63,298 nt of DNA, filler included, from Octopus bimaculoides (GCF_001194135.2; 8 parts of 6 records of this genome joined end to end with filler, not necessarily neighbours in it); one strand, 5' to 3'; counted from the first letter of the whole stretch, positions 12,011 through 24,429 are shown. The notes: a model not told the origin generated them from the sequence alone. Numbers and translations: made by a program.

Positions 12011-12537
12011 ATTATCATTGATTGGCTATTTTGATTGTTAGTTTTTATTAAATTAACCTGACAATCCGTAAGTTTATCAACATTGCCCCTAGGCATATCA
12101 GGGCTTTTATTATTTTTATTTTCAAATCCACTGCTCATTAAATTGTTATTGTGGTTGCTAATCTCATCTGTGATTATATCAACATTATCATTTCCACGTT
12201 TATTTACTATGTTTAAATGGTTGAGTTAAAAGTCATGTGACTTATTAATGTTTTTTTATGTTTATGTGCAAAAATTATTTTATAACCAGAGTCGTGGCTA
12301 ATGAACAAATCATGAGTTTAACTTTCAACAAAATTGATTCCTGTTTTGAATGAGGCTGTGGTTGTTTTTCACTCCTTTTTTATTTTTTCTCTGATGACAA
12401 AATAGTGATAGATATGAACTGTGTATGTGTAACACTTGAGTGAGTACTTGAACATGCATCACCTTTCATATATATGTTACTTCAAACTTCTTAACCATTT
12501 ATCACCATTAATTTATTCTTAATTCTTTGATCTAGAA

Positions 12538-12792
12538 CAGTGTTTCTCAACTATATTTTACTTATGGACCCCTTTGATTGCAATTTTACTTGGATGAATC
12601 CTCCTAGCCATTCAATGTTAAAAAAAAAACCATTATATTTTTATAATTAAATATTATTAGGAATTGTATAAAAAGATTGTTATAATATATTGCATATTGT
12701 CGAAGAATAACCAATTTATTACACATAAACTTTAACAAAAAAATCTTACATGGACCCCAAAAGGGCATATGGACCCTAATTGAGAACCCCTG
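12538..12792. mobile_element. hAT (Charlie-type) MITE
   Basis: Ends cagtgtttctcaac / attgagaacccctg; flanks atctagaa / atctatag resemble the 8-bp NTCTAGAN target. Confidence 0.75.
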
Positions 12793-13080
12793 ATCTATAG
12801 AGTTTAAAAGTTCTCTTCACCAGACACCCTGATTGCACGTATAACCAATCACTCTCTCTCACACTCACTCTCCCCCTCTCTCTCTCTTTCTCTTACCAAT
12901 GAAATAAAATAACAGATGCCTTTCCTTAACAGCTGTATATAGAAGAATCTAGTGAATATACAGTACGGTTGTATTACACCTCATGTCTTTTCAACTTGTT
13001 TATGTACATATATTCATAGGTCAACTATGAATGTTGTATATGAATGTTATCTATTTTTATTATCTGCCTTCTACTAATAA

Positions 13081-13160
13081 GACCCTGAGGAGATGCAGTA
13101 TCGCATATTTTATAATATGCATGAATCGATCTGGATATTGCATCGAAATGATCATAGGTC
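13081..13160 (+). ncRNA. Minimal type I hammerhead ribozyme with long stem II
   Basis: gacc-CTGAGGA-gatgcagtatc...gatattgcatc-GAAA-T-GATC-ATA-ggtc: stem I 4 bp, stem II 11 bp opening G-C, palindrome ATGATCAT, AUA triplet. Confidence 0.85.
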
Positions 13161-13291
13161 ATCATAAAGTATTTTCAATGGATCAGTTTTGAGCTCTTAT
13201 TTTAATCGATATAAATACAAAATCTCACTTGTGAGTATTTTGCTACGTTTGATAACAGATACAATATTTTTGCCAAATTTTGGTATAAATC

Positions 13292-13293
<2 letters not shown>

Positions 13294-13360
<67 letters not shown>

Positions 13361-13516
13361 GCGCGCACACACACGCACACACACATATATGTATGTATAC
13401 GTATATGCATGTAAATATCCAAGCAAGGTGTATAACACAGACTACACTTCAGGCTGAGAATATTTTGATTAAATGAAAGTTTACATTGTTGCAAGGAGGC
13501 ATATGTCAACACATGG

Positions 13517-13578
<62 letters not shown>

Positions 13579-13580
13579 TC
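13294..13580. repeat. (CA)n and (TA)n microsatellites
   Basis: Direct reading. Confidence 0.95.
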
Positions 13581-13638
13581 CAAGAAAGTTAGGGGTTGTG
13601 AATCCAACCCACTAAGGGATACTATCTATCCAATATAC

Positions 13639-14117
13639 TGCTGGAAGGACACCCAATTACTATTACACTAGTGTTTTTACCAAATGCAATAAATGGGTGT
13701 GGGTAAAAGGAAATTTTACCCTTGAATTATATAGCAATAAGAAAATGGAGGGGAATATGTGGTACTCATCAACTTGCAGACATTGTATTATGTCAATTTA
13801 CCTGTTTATTTTTCAACTAAGAGGACAATAAAAGCAATATACAAACACATATGACATAGTGTCATATCATTAATTTTTAATTACTGATATGACACAATAT
13901 GTCATATGTGTTTGTATATTGTTTTTATTGTCCTCTTAGTTGAAAAATAAACAGGTAAATTGACATAATACAATGTCTGCAAGTTGATGAGTACCACATA
14001 TTCCCCTCCATTTTCTTATTGCTATATAAATTAAGGGTAAAATTTCCTTTTACCCACACCCATTTATTGCATTTAGTAAAAACACTAGTGTAATAGTAAT
14101 TGGGTGTCCTTCCAGCA
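13639..14117. mobile_element. 479-bp near-perfect foldback (MITE-like), ~230-bp arms
   Basis: Arms 13639-13869 and 13885-14117 are reverse complements; related partial copy at 61430-61570. Confidence 0.85.
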
Positions 14118-14169
14118 ATGTCTGCAAGTTGATGAGTACCACATATTCCACTCCTTTTTCTTATTGCTA

Positions 14170-14207
<38 letters not shown>

Positions 14208-14249
14208 CATACAAGTTCTGATCAGTTAGTAACCAGGGTAAAGCCAATT

Positions 14250-15245
14250 GGCAAAAATTGACCTTGAACTCTGCTGTGCATGCACACTATGTTTTAACAT
14301 TCTAGCTCACTTCCGCTGTTTACAGTAGTGCTTGGAAGGAAGGTGTATAGCATGTGATCATCGCATTGACCATGATAAATCCAACTGTCATGGTGATACC
14401 TGCTCAGAGGCCTACTCAAAGTTGAAGAAAGTTTATGGAGAGGAGTGTATGAGCCATACACAAGAGTACAAGTGGTTCAGATGTTTCCAAGATGCTCGAA
14501 AAATGTCGATAATGACGAACGTTCTGGGAGATCCGCAACCAGTGGAACTGAGAAAAACATCGCAGATGTGTGTGCAGCTGTGAAGAAAAATCGTTGACTC
14601 ACCATCAGAGGATGTGCAGTTTAGTTTTGATTCAGTTCAGTCCATTATCGCTGAAGATTTGAGTATGAGACATGTGTCTGCCAAGTTTGTACCAAAACTG
14701 CTTCCAGCTGACGAAAAAGACACTCGGGTTTCAGTTGTACAAGATCTTGATTGTGTCGAGAACAATGAAAACTTTTCGAAAATTTTGCATAGGCCTCTGA
14801 GCAGGTATTGCCAAGCTTTTGGCAAAATTTGGTGCAGATTCTCTGCTCAACGTTCTCTGTCATGGTCAATGTAGTGAAGGCACGTGACTTAGTGGCTAGA
14901 GCATTCGGCTCATGATCGTAAGGTCGTGAGTTCGATCCCTGGCAACACATTGTGTCCTTGAGCAAGACACTTTATTTCACATTGCTCCAGGCTACTCAGC
15001 TGGTAAAAATGAGTAGTACCTGTATTTTTAAAGGGCCGGCCTTGTCATGCTATGTGTCACTCTGAGTCTCCCTGAGAACTAAGTTAGGGGTACACGTGTC
15101 TGTGGATTGCTCAGTCACTTGCACGTTAATTTCATGAGCAAGCTGTTCCGTTGATCGAATCAACTGGGACCCTTGTCATCGTAACCGATGGAGTGCTCCT
15201 ACCTGCAGTGATCACATACAGCAGAGTTCAAGGTCAAACTGTCTA
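14250..15245. mobile_element. Mariner-derived element with inverted transposase 5' ends, interrupted by a SINE
   Basis: Plus: CSEAYSKLKKVYGEECMS..KWFRCF, DLSMRHVSAKFVPKLL; minus: MTENVEQRICTKFCQKLGNTCSEAY; 19-bp perfect inverted pairs 14258-14276/15219-15237 and 14396-14414/14790-14808. Confidence 0.8.
14878..15197 (+). mobile_element. tRNA-derived SINE S3 with CORE-like block
   Basis: A box (tagtggctaga), B box (gagttcgatccc), tgtgtccttgagcaagacacttt; copy at 23178-23500. Confidence 0.85.
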
Positions 15246-15255
15246 TGCATATATA

Positions 15256-15355
15256 NNNNNNNNNNNNNNNNNNNNNNNNNNNNNNNNNNNNNNNNNNNNT
15301 TAATTAATTAANNNNNNNNNNNNNNNNNNNNNNNNNNNNNNNNNNNNNNNNNNNN
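15256..15355. other. Assembly spacer 44N-TTAATTAATTAA-44N (artefact)
   Basis: Identical 100-nt construct also at 17556, 39797, 41893, 56636, 60288 and 61596; the 12-mer gives stops in all six frames. Confidence 0.95.
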
Positions 15356-16270
15356 ATATTCTTTCTCTTGCTTTATTTATTTACATTTTTGCAGCACTAC
15401 TTTCGAGGCTGATAAAATAAAGTGCTAGTCAAGTGAATTTAATTGATTCACTCCTTCCTTTAAAATTGCTGTTCTTATTCCTAAAAAAAAAAAGCAATAA
15501 TTAATGGAGTTGCGAACCTTTTTGTTTTGGTTTTCCATTATTGTCACCTCGCCTTTTGTAACTATATCCTTACCCATAAGTTATACCTTTTAGTTCGATT
15601 ATTATCGTTCTTTATTATTATAATGTGCTCCTTTCCTCCCTTTTAACGCGTGTTTTTGTGACTATTTATTTATTAACGGTGGTGGATCGGCTGAAACGTG
15701 TAAGTTTTTTTACGTTTTGAGTTCAAAATCACGCTTCGGTAAATTTTGCTTTCCACCTTTCTGCGCTCGATCGATAAAATTTAATCAAAAACTATTTTCC
15801 GTATAATCAACTCTTTTGTCCAGCCCTCCATCACCACCACCACCAACGGAAAAATATTTTTGATACCCACACCCTGAGTTCAAATCCCTTCAAGGTCAAC
15901 TTTGACTTTCATCCTTGAAAATAAACCATTACTGGCGTTGATTTCTTCGAGTAAAGCTCTCTTCTATAACGTTTAACCTTATAAATAATTATCTTCACCT
16001 TGGCTCCTCTTCATAACTATGTTTCCAAGTTTCATGCGAGTTTTCTACTGCACCATCCCCGAGTGCAATTGCCTGGTCCTCAGCTATTTAGCAGCATTGT
16101 GTTAACGAGCCTCATCTTTGCGAAGAAGGTTAGGTTTTTTTTAATTACTATTTAGTGTCTTCATCTCTTTATCAGGCTGTATAATGTTACTTTATTAGAA
16201 GGCTACCGACTATACTTCGCCGGAATCCGGAATAGTTCGAGTATTGTTACACACCCACACACACACACAC

Positions 16271-16306
<36 letters not shown>

Positions 16307-16324
16307 CTCTCTATATATATATGG

Positions 16325-16632
16325 TGAAGGTGCATGGCTCAGTGGTTAGTGCGTCGAGCTCACATTTACGAAGTAGTAAGTTCTGATTCCCGGACTGGGT
16401 TGTGTGTTGTGTTCTTGAGCAAGACACTTTATTTCACATTGCTCCAGTTCACTCAGCTGTAGAAATAAGTTGCGACATCAGTGGTGCCAAGCTGTATCAG
16501 CCTTTGCCTTTTCCTTGGATAACATCGGTAGCGTGGAGAGGACCGGCTAGTATGCATGGGCGACTGTTGGTCTTCCATAAACTATTTTGACCGGACTTGT
16601 TCTTCGGAGGGTAGCTTTCTAGGTGCGATACC
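16325..16632 (+). mobile_element. tRNA-derived SINE (S3 variant)
   Basis: A/B-box head, ttgagcaagacactttatttcac core; reverse copy at 26590-26905. Confidence 0.8.
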
Positions 16633-17308
16633 CTATANNNNNNNNNNNNNNNNNNNNNNNNNNNNNNNNNNNNNNNNNNNNNNNNNNNNNNNNNNNNNNN
16701 NNNNNNNNNNNNNNNNNNNNNNNNTATATATATATTGCAATGGCTGGTAGTTTTTTTCGAATCGTGATACTATGAAACCAGGTGTAAATTTACCAGTTTA
16801 CCTCGAGGTGTGTGACAAAATATTTACATGACAGAGGTAGTCGGGATGAATGTATCATAGTTAATTACACGTTATTATATAAAAAAAAAAAAATCTATGA
16901 AATTTATTAACGCAATAGTCTTAAAAATTACGTCTCTTTCTTCGCTGAAAGGTGCCATAATTATATTATTTCGCGACAAAGGTTGGAGTAGTACGAAAGC
17001 GTGAGAAATTGCGCGGCTTGTTTTCCACGCATGCGTGCGCGCACACACACACTGCCACACTAATATGCACTGACATAAATACTCGCAAACACAAACATGT
17101 ATCTACATTAATACATAAATATACATAATGCATATATGTGTGTGGAGGTGGAGGTGGGGGGGAAAGGGTGTAAATGTACGAGAGTAAAGAAATAAACAGA
17201 TGACGAAATACACCAATAGGTGGATAAAGTATAGTAGAAGGTTTGTTTATCACTGACATGGAGTGCTTTGCGGTTACTATGATGTACATATTTTATAGTT
17301 TTGTGCGT

Positions 17309-17342
<34 letters not shown>

Positions 17343-17346
17343 CGTG

Positions 17347-17515
17347 CGCGCAGATATGGCTATGTGGTAAGAGGCTTGCTTCACAACCACATGGATCCGA
17401 GTTCAGTCCCATTGCGTGGCACCTTCGGCACATGTTTTCTGCTATAGCCTCAGGCCGACCAGACTCTTGTGAGGGGATTTGGTAGACGGAAACTGGAAGA
17501 AGCCCGTCCTGTATA
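17347..17515 (+). mobile_element. tRNA/CORE-type SINE S1
   Basis: tggctatgtggtaagaggcttgc..gagttcagtccc..ggcacctt..aagaagcccgtc. Confidence 0.8.
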
Positions 17516-17655
17516 CATATATATATATATATATATATTTTTTTTAAAATAACGTNNNNNNNNNNNNNNNNNNNNNNNNNNNNNNNNNNNNNNNNNNNNT
17601 TAATTAATTAANNNNNNNNNNNNNNNNNNNNNNNNNNNNNNNNNNNNNNNNNNNN

Positions 17656-17897
17656 GTGCGGGTGGCACATAAAAGACACCATTTCGAGCGTGGCCGTTTT
17701 CGTGCGGGTGACACGTAAAAGCACCCACTACACTCTCTGAGTGGTTGGCGTTAGGAAGGGCATCCAGCTGTAGAAACTCTGCCAAATCAGACTGGAGCCT
17801 GGTGTTGCCATCCGGTTTCACCAGTCCTCAGTCAAATCGTCCAACCCATGCTAGCATGGAAAGCGGACGTTAAACGATGATGATGATGATGATGATG
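17656..17897 (+). mobile_element. RTE 3'-UTR remnant with (GAT)n tail
   Basis: Near-identical to 425-577. Confidence 0.75.
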
Positions 17898-18047
17898 AAT
17901 TTGATGCTTGTATTTATGCCTGCAAAATTTATTTGTACCGCAATAGACCATCCTGCTTTATCTTTCAATCCTATGTCATTTGACATAAAAGCTTTCCTTT
18001 AAAATTAAAAATAATAACCATAAACTACAACTCAAAATGAAAATTAC

Positions 18048-18299
18048 CTCAGCAAATATATTTTCATGCTTCTTTTTAAATATCTCTAACTCTTTCTGAG
18101 AAATCTGTAAGCAATCAGCCAAGGAAGCATTCATTTCTTCAACTTTGGACAAAGTCTTGGTATGATCTATGATTAACTTCTGTTCTCTGCTCTGGAAATA
18201 GGCTTCAGTGCCACTATTCTTCTTTTTCAGCTGCTGGTACTCTTCTCTAACTTCATTTATGATGCTATTTAGTTTCTTAATCTCTTCTTCGTGGTTTTC
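18048..18299 (-). CDS. Coiled-coil protein gene, internal exon (252 nt, phase 0-0)
   Basis: cattag/GAA acceptor, GAG/gtaatt donor, open frame ENHEEEIKKLNSIINEVREEYQQL..KKKHENIFAE. Confidence 0.85.
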
Positions 18300-18521
18300 C
18301 TAATGATAACATCAATATTGGCAATAATGAAGATGATGATATAAACTCATACACACATACAGCTGCTTTTTCAACTTCCACTAAGCCTTTCTAGCATATT
18401 AACATAGCACATCCAAATCTCATTCTTTTCAACCACTGAAAACCGTTTGCATTCATTGCACACAAAAAGAAAACAAACAAATGGATCTTTCCTTATGAGA
18501 TAATGAACCAAATGAACGTAC

Positions 18522-18712
18522 CTTGCTTGAAACAAGATATTTTTCAAGCTCAGCTCTGGCTTCCATTTCAGACAACAGTTGCTGCTTAATGTTTGCAGCC
18601 TGAAGTTCTTTCTCACTCACAATTTTCTCATAGTTACTTATGTTAGCACATTGAGTCTCATTAAGTTTCTTCCATTTGGTTTGTGATAAAGTCAATTCTT
18701 GGAAATGGGAAT
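18522..18712 (-). CDS. Coiled-coil protein gene, internal exon (191 nt, phase 1-0)
   Basis: ttgttacag/AT acceptor, AAG/gtacgt donor, DSHFQELTLSQ..LEKYLVSSK; phases fit both neighbours. Confidence 0.85.
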
Positions 18713-19492
18713 CTGTAACAAAGAAAGCATAATACACTTTTGGTGAGTAAATGTTAAAAGCAACTATTCAAATTTAATTCTATATCATATTGTTCACAGT
18801 GGGAAAACATTACTTTGATAAAATACTTAGTCCAAAATGTACAAATGTCAAAAAAATACAGCTGTCACTTGGAAGTGAGTATGGGCTGGTAGCATGTATC
18901 ATACTCTTGCTAGTTGCTTTAGGTGTCTGTGTAGTCACAAGCAAGCATAGACACACTCATCCATTGACTCAGTGTAACATGGAAGATGTAACAGTTGAAG
19001 ACAGAGAGAGAAGGGGGAGGGAGAGAGGGAGGAAGAGAGAGAGAGGGAATGTGCCAGAACTAGGGTGGTACGTGTTTTCATCTGAGTAGACTGAAACAAT
19101 GTGAAATGAAGCACTTTGCTTGAAGATACAATGCACCACCTAGCTCAGGAATCAAGCCTAAACATTAGGTCAAGTGTGAAGGCCATGTGCCTTCACACAG
19201 ATATAGTAAATCCATATAAATAAGGTCTGGAAAGTAAGAGGTACTATTATAAGGATCAAGATTTGTGCAAATGACTTTGTATATTTTTGGGCTGACCACA
19301 TTGTCACACTAATAGCTTTCTATAATTTCTGAGCAGTCTCCCTCTCTCCTAGTCAGCAAATATTTATGTTGTTCATTGTAAATAGCCAACACTAATATCA
19401 ATGTAAAAAATAGCGAGAGTTGTCTTTCCGTAAAAAGCAGAATGGTACAATGTAACAAAAAACAGAATTTAGAGAAGATGAATTAAGTTTAC

Positions 19493-21629
19493 CATTTAGT
19501 TTTTTGAGGTCAGTCTTGTAGATAGTTTCTCTTCTGTAAAACTCTTTTTGAAAAGTTTCTTTCATATGCTTTATTTCAGACTGGAATGATTCTTTCAAAG
19601 AAGTTATCACATTATTATGGTTACCTTTCAACCTGTTTATCTGTTCCTCTAGTGACTTACACTTGGTAATCTCATCTTCATAGGCACTTTGTATTTTAAT
19701 CATTTCTTGCCTGGAAGTCTTCATTTCTTCATCTTTATCACTCAGATCTTGGCTCAGCTCTCTCTTCATTTCGGTGTATTCCTGTTCAGCTTTTACTGTC
19801 ATCTCTGCAATTTGTTCTTGAAGACATTCAATTTGTCTGTTTTGGCTCTCAACTTTGTTACATATTTCTGTGACCTTTTTCTCATATGTCTTTACTGATG
19901 TCTCATACTGTTCATTGACATTGTCAGAAGCAGTAACATCTAAATCAAATTCAGCTTGTAGTTTAGAGAACTCTTTTTCCTTCTGACTTAACCTAGCTTG
20001 GACATTGTCAAAATCAGATCTCATCACATAATTAGTTGCAATATTATCTTCAAATTCAATTACTTTATTATTAATGAAAATTTTGTGCTCTTCATCAAGT
20101 AACTCTAACTTCCTTTTATAGAAAGTTTGTTGTTCTAGAAGAGCTGTAACATGCTTTTCCTGTTCACATTCAAATGTTTGTCGAGGTACAAAGTCAGTAG
20201 CTATTTTCTCTTCATAATTCAAAGTAACTTGAGCTAATTTTTCATCATGTTCTTTCAACACTATCTGTAATTTCTCTTCTTCAACAAATTTCTGTTCAAG
20301 TTGTGTATACTTTATGGTCTCATCTTTTAGCTTAGCTTCAAATACTTCTTTTGAGATATAATTTTTGGAGATATTTTCCTGAAATTCTACCATTACTTTT
20401 TGCAAAGCTTCTTTATGTTCTTCATCTTGGGATTTTATTTTCCCTTCATATTCTTCAAGTTTTTCTTTCATTTGTATAACTTCTTGGATATGTTTTTTAT
20501 TTTGTTCATTAATCTCACCAACTGCAACATAGTCAGAGGATAATTTTTTCTCAAAGTCCTCCGAGACAGATTTTAATTTCTTTTCATATTCTTCAATAAG
20601 GCAGCAACTCTTCTGGTTGTATTCTTGATGTAACATTTCTTTAGTAGTCTCCAATTCCTTTGAATGTTCTTTTTCTTTTATTTCCATCAAAGACTTACAC
20701 ATATAATTGCTGGTTATTTTATTCACATATTCACTTGTAATAGAAGAGATTTTCTCTTCATATTCCACTTTGAGATTTTCTTGCAGTTTTTCAATTTCAG
20801 AAACATGTTTCTGAGAGATTTCTGAGACCTTCTGTTGCATCTCTCCAACAAGAGAAGTAAGTTCATCAAGTTTAGCATCTTTCTCACTGATGGTGCCTGA
20901 CTTTTCTTCTAACTCCTTTTTCAGTAAATTAGTCTCAGTTTCTTTCTCAGAAACATTCTCTTTCAAGCTGGTAACAACTTGTGTTAGTTCATTATTTGAA
21001 TTTAGATATTTCTCAACAAGTGAGGATTTCACTGATAAGGATTTTGTTAATTCACAGATTCTCTTGTCCTTTTCACAAAGTTGTACACCGATTTGTTCCA
21101 CTTCTTTAAGTGTCTCCAAATATCTTTCTTTCAATAGTAACGTATGTACTTTGGTTAGTTCTTCAAAATTACTCTTTAATTTACTTTCTTGTTCAATGGT
21201 ATTTTGATTTACAGTTTCTAGTTTAGGTTTTAAATCAGTTACAAACTCTTTGGAATCTGCAGTTTCTAGCTCTAATTTTTCTAAAACATCCTGTTTTTCT
21301 CCTGTAAGTTCCTTGAACTGTTTTTCTAGTCCCTTCTTAATGGCTGCATTTTCTTCCAGTTGCAATTTTACTCTTTCAAACTCTGAATTTTCTGCTGAAA
21401 TTTTAGTCTTAGTAGCATGAACAATTTTCTCAGCAAAGTTCTGTATAGAAGATTTTACTGGAGATTTTCTTTCAATATCTTTTTTCATTATCTCAATAGT
21501 TTGCTGTTTATCCAGAATTTGGTACTGTGCATTATTATATTCAATTTTCATTTTTTCCATCTCATTCTTAAGTAAATCATTGCTGGATTTCAAACTCAGA
21601 AAGTCATCATGTAACTTCAACCATTTTGA
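19493..21629 (-). CDS. Coiled-coil protein gene, large exon A (2137 nt, phase 0-1), intact
   Basis: atcctag/TCA acceptor, AATG/gtaaac donor, 712 open E/K/L-rich codons; YV/YI..E repeat motifs loosely recall UACA/ankycorbin coiled coils, family not established. Confidence 0.92.
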
Positions 21630-22436
21630 CTAGGATATAATTGAAAAATTATTAAAAAAACATATACATAAAATTAATTTATACAAATTTATGATTGAAT
21701 AAACAAACAAATGTTTATATTTCCAGGTGAAGTGTAGATGTGAATTTAAATAATTGAAGTAACACTAATCAAAATAACAAGACTAGAATATACTGTTAAA
21801 GCAGTATCAAGACCATTATATCTTCAGTAATAGCTAACAAAAGATATGATTATATTGTTTTCAGTAGAATCATATCAACTGCAAGATTAATTTTAGAAAT
21901 TTGAATAAATTTTTAAGGGGAATTAACATAATTTTCCATCATATATTTAATATAGCTCTTCAAACCACTTCAATTTCAGATAAATTGGTTTTCATTTATT
22001 TAAAATTGAGTAAATGTTAAACTGTAACCATAATTTGAATTCAAATTGACACCCCAACCAACCAACCAACCAACCAACCAAACTCTTCCATAATGTGGTT
22101 TATTGCTTCTCTCTTCTTTCCAACTGATCAGGATTTATGGTTTCGTAGCTTCACCTAGTTGTTATTATTGTATAGCTTCAAATCAACCTTGACTGAGCAG
22201 ACCTATGATTAAAGGCATTCTAGTTATGATCCTTTAAATGTTTAGTTTATCTTGGAGCACATTATCAATTGTCTCTCTTTTTGAAGATAGCAGCATATGA
22301 TTTAAGGGAGATTTGGTTGCTATATCTAGCAGTTCAAGCAACCACATTGAAACTGTCACATAGGCTCAGCAGATATGACAGATGCTACCAGTAACCCTTA
22401 ATTTGATAGGATTGAGTAAAACTACCTAAACAAAGT

Positions 22437-22666
22437 TTAACCCTTTAGCATTCAGATTTCTTTGTCAAATGTATTGCTTATTTATTCACATTGTTTTGAA
22501 TTAATTACACATTATCTTGTAGCTTCAAGATTTCAGTGGTGTGTTTGTATATTTTTAGAATGACATTGTAGGGTAGTTATGAGAGTGGTTAGATCTGGTC
22601 AGTTTTAACGTAAAACAAGTAGAATATTTGGGCCAGATATGACTGGATTAAATGCTAAAGGGTTAA
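22437..22666. mobile_element. TTAA-flanked piggyBac-like MITE
   Basis: ttaa-ccctttagcatt...aatgctaaaggg-ttaa; second copy at 31353-31579. Confidence 0.8.
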
Positions 22667-22725
22667 ATCCTAATTAATAAAATGTACCCACTTTCAACAA
22701 CAGGCATATTCAGAAAGAATCTTAC

Positions 22726-22889
22726 TTCTAAAATGTCTTGTTCACATGTAAGTTTTGAAAAATCAGCTTTTAACTGTTCATGAATATCTGGAGCAATCCA
22801 TGTTGTCTTAATGTTGTCCAATTCTCTCTTCAATTCAGTCATTAAATTGTCTGTTACAACACTTATACTATATCCAGTTGGTTGTTTTT
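22726..22889 (-). CDS. Coiled-coil protein gene, small exon a1 (164 nt, phase 1-0)
   Basis: tttcag/AA acceptor, GAA/gtaaga donor, KQPTGYSISVVTDNLMTELKRELDNIKTTWIAPDIHEQLK..DILE; in frame with exon A. Confidence 0.88.
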
Positions 22890-23177
22890 CTGAAATTTAA
22901 AAAAAAACCCAAAATAGTTCATTAACTGACATTCATCGTCTACATTACTCCTGTCATCAACCACTTTAACATGAACTGAGTGTGTGGGTATACTAAAATG
23001 TCTATATTCACACATTGGCTTTGCCACGATATGCTATTCCTGATATTCCTGATCATGCAATCACCACAGATTACAAGAGTAGCTGCTCATGGCAAGTGCA
23101 GCCATTGCACTTTAGAGACATCTTATAGATGAAGTATTCACCTACAGCATCCACTTATATTCACATTTATACATATA

Positions 23178-23500
23178 CTGGTGTGTGGTTTAGTGGTTAG
23201 GGTATTTGGCCCACAATCGTAAAGTCTTGAGTTTTATTCCCAGCAGTGCATTGTATCCTTGAGCAAGACACTATATTTCACACTGCTCCAGTCAATCCAG
23301 TAGGCAAAAATGAGTAGTACCTGTATTTTAAAAAAGGGCCAGCCTTCTCACATTCTGTGTCATGCTGGATCTCCCTGACAACTATGTTATGGGTACGTGT
23401 GTCCGTGGTGTGCTCAGTCACTTGCATGTTGATTTCATGAGCAGGCTGATCCCTTGAGTGGATTAACTGGAACCCGCATCATCATAACCAACAGAGTGCC
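23178..23500 (+). mobile_element. tRNA-derived SINE S3
   Basis: Aligns with 14878-15197. Confidence 0.8.
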
Positions 23501-23824
23501 AGTTATTCAATACTTTGAATAAGCTCATGAACTCTGTGACAACCCTATGACTACAACCCCTTTTAAAGCCACCCCAAATAATCCCTTGCAGTTGTGTTGA
23601 TTACATCTCAATTATTTATTTATATTGATTCATTTTATTTTGTCATATTTTACTACACCCACTCTGCCTGCATTCCTTGGGTACCATACATCTCACACGC
23701 AGGCTCTTCAAAAGCCGGAGCAAGAATATAAACAAGGTTTCAGTTATAACACAAGCATGAACACTTAAGTGACTAACAAAGTGATGTCAGACAAGGAAAA
23801 ATATATTATTATACATGTTTACAT

Positions 23825-24215
23825 CATTATCATCATTTAACATCCGCTTTCCATGCTGGCATGGGTTAGATGGTTTGATTGGAACTGTCAGAGAGCAGCA
23901 CCAGGTTCCAGTCTGATTTGGCACAGTTTTTATGGCTGGATACCCTTCCTAATGCTAACCACTCGAAGTGTGTAATGGATCCTTTTTACATGCCACTGGC
24001 ATGGGTGCCATTTACATGACATTGGCAACAGTCACGACTATGATTTCACAGGTACCATTTACATGATACTGGCAATGGCCACAACTATGACTTCACTTGG
24101 AATGATGAGTCTTCTCAAGCACAGCATATCACCAAAGGTCTCAGTCACTTGATGCCTCCATGAGGCTCAGCATTCAAAGATCGTGCTTCACCACCTCATC
24201 CCTTGCCTCCATGAG
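23825..24215 (-). mobile_element. RTE LINE 3' end (ORF end plus 3' UTR and GAT tail)
   Basis: cttcaccacctcatccc (DEVVKH) contiguous with the GAT-tailed UTR. Confidence 0.8.
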
Positions 24216-24429
24216 GCCCTATGTAAATAGTGGAAATATGTATGCTAACCATCTTATACTGTGCGAGTGTACAGCCAATAAATATGAGCGTGAATGCAAG
24301 TGTGTCCCAAGGACAAATGTACTCAAGTGGATGAAGATATAAATGGGAGAATGTGTGAAAAGGCAAGCAAAGAGAGCTGTATGATACAGTATGATCACAA
24401 ATTCATTCATTATTTTATCCACAACCCAT

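Noticed and set aside
14878-14945. tRNA genes at SINE heads (also 16325, 17347, 23178, 27958)
   Set aside because: A/B boxes are present but no complete cloverleaf; they continue into shared SINE bodies.
15300-15311. TTAATTAATTAA recurring seven times as isolated islands
   Set aside because: Always centred in exactly 44 N on each side; a scaffolding spacer with six-frame stops, not biology.
15980-16140. Possible next or last exon of the coiled-coil gene (MRLVNTMLLNS* or AEDQAIALGDG..)
   Set aside because: Weak AAG acceptor or phase mismatch; it reads equally well as a plus-strand donor region and cannot be decided without RNA data.
20890-21207. Plus-strand ORFs antisense to the large exons (also 19689-19898 and 37577-37780)
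   Set aside because: Shadow frames of the coiled-coil coding sequence.
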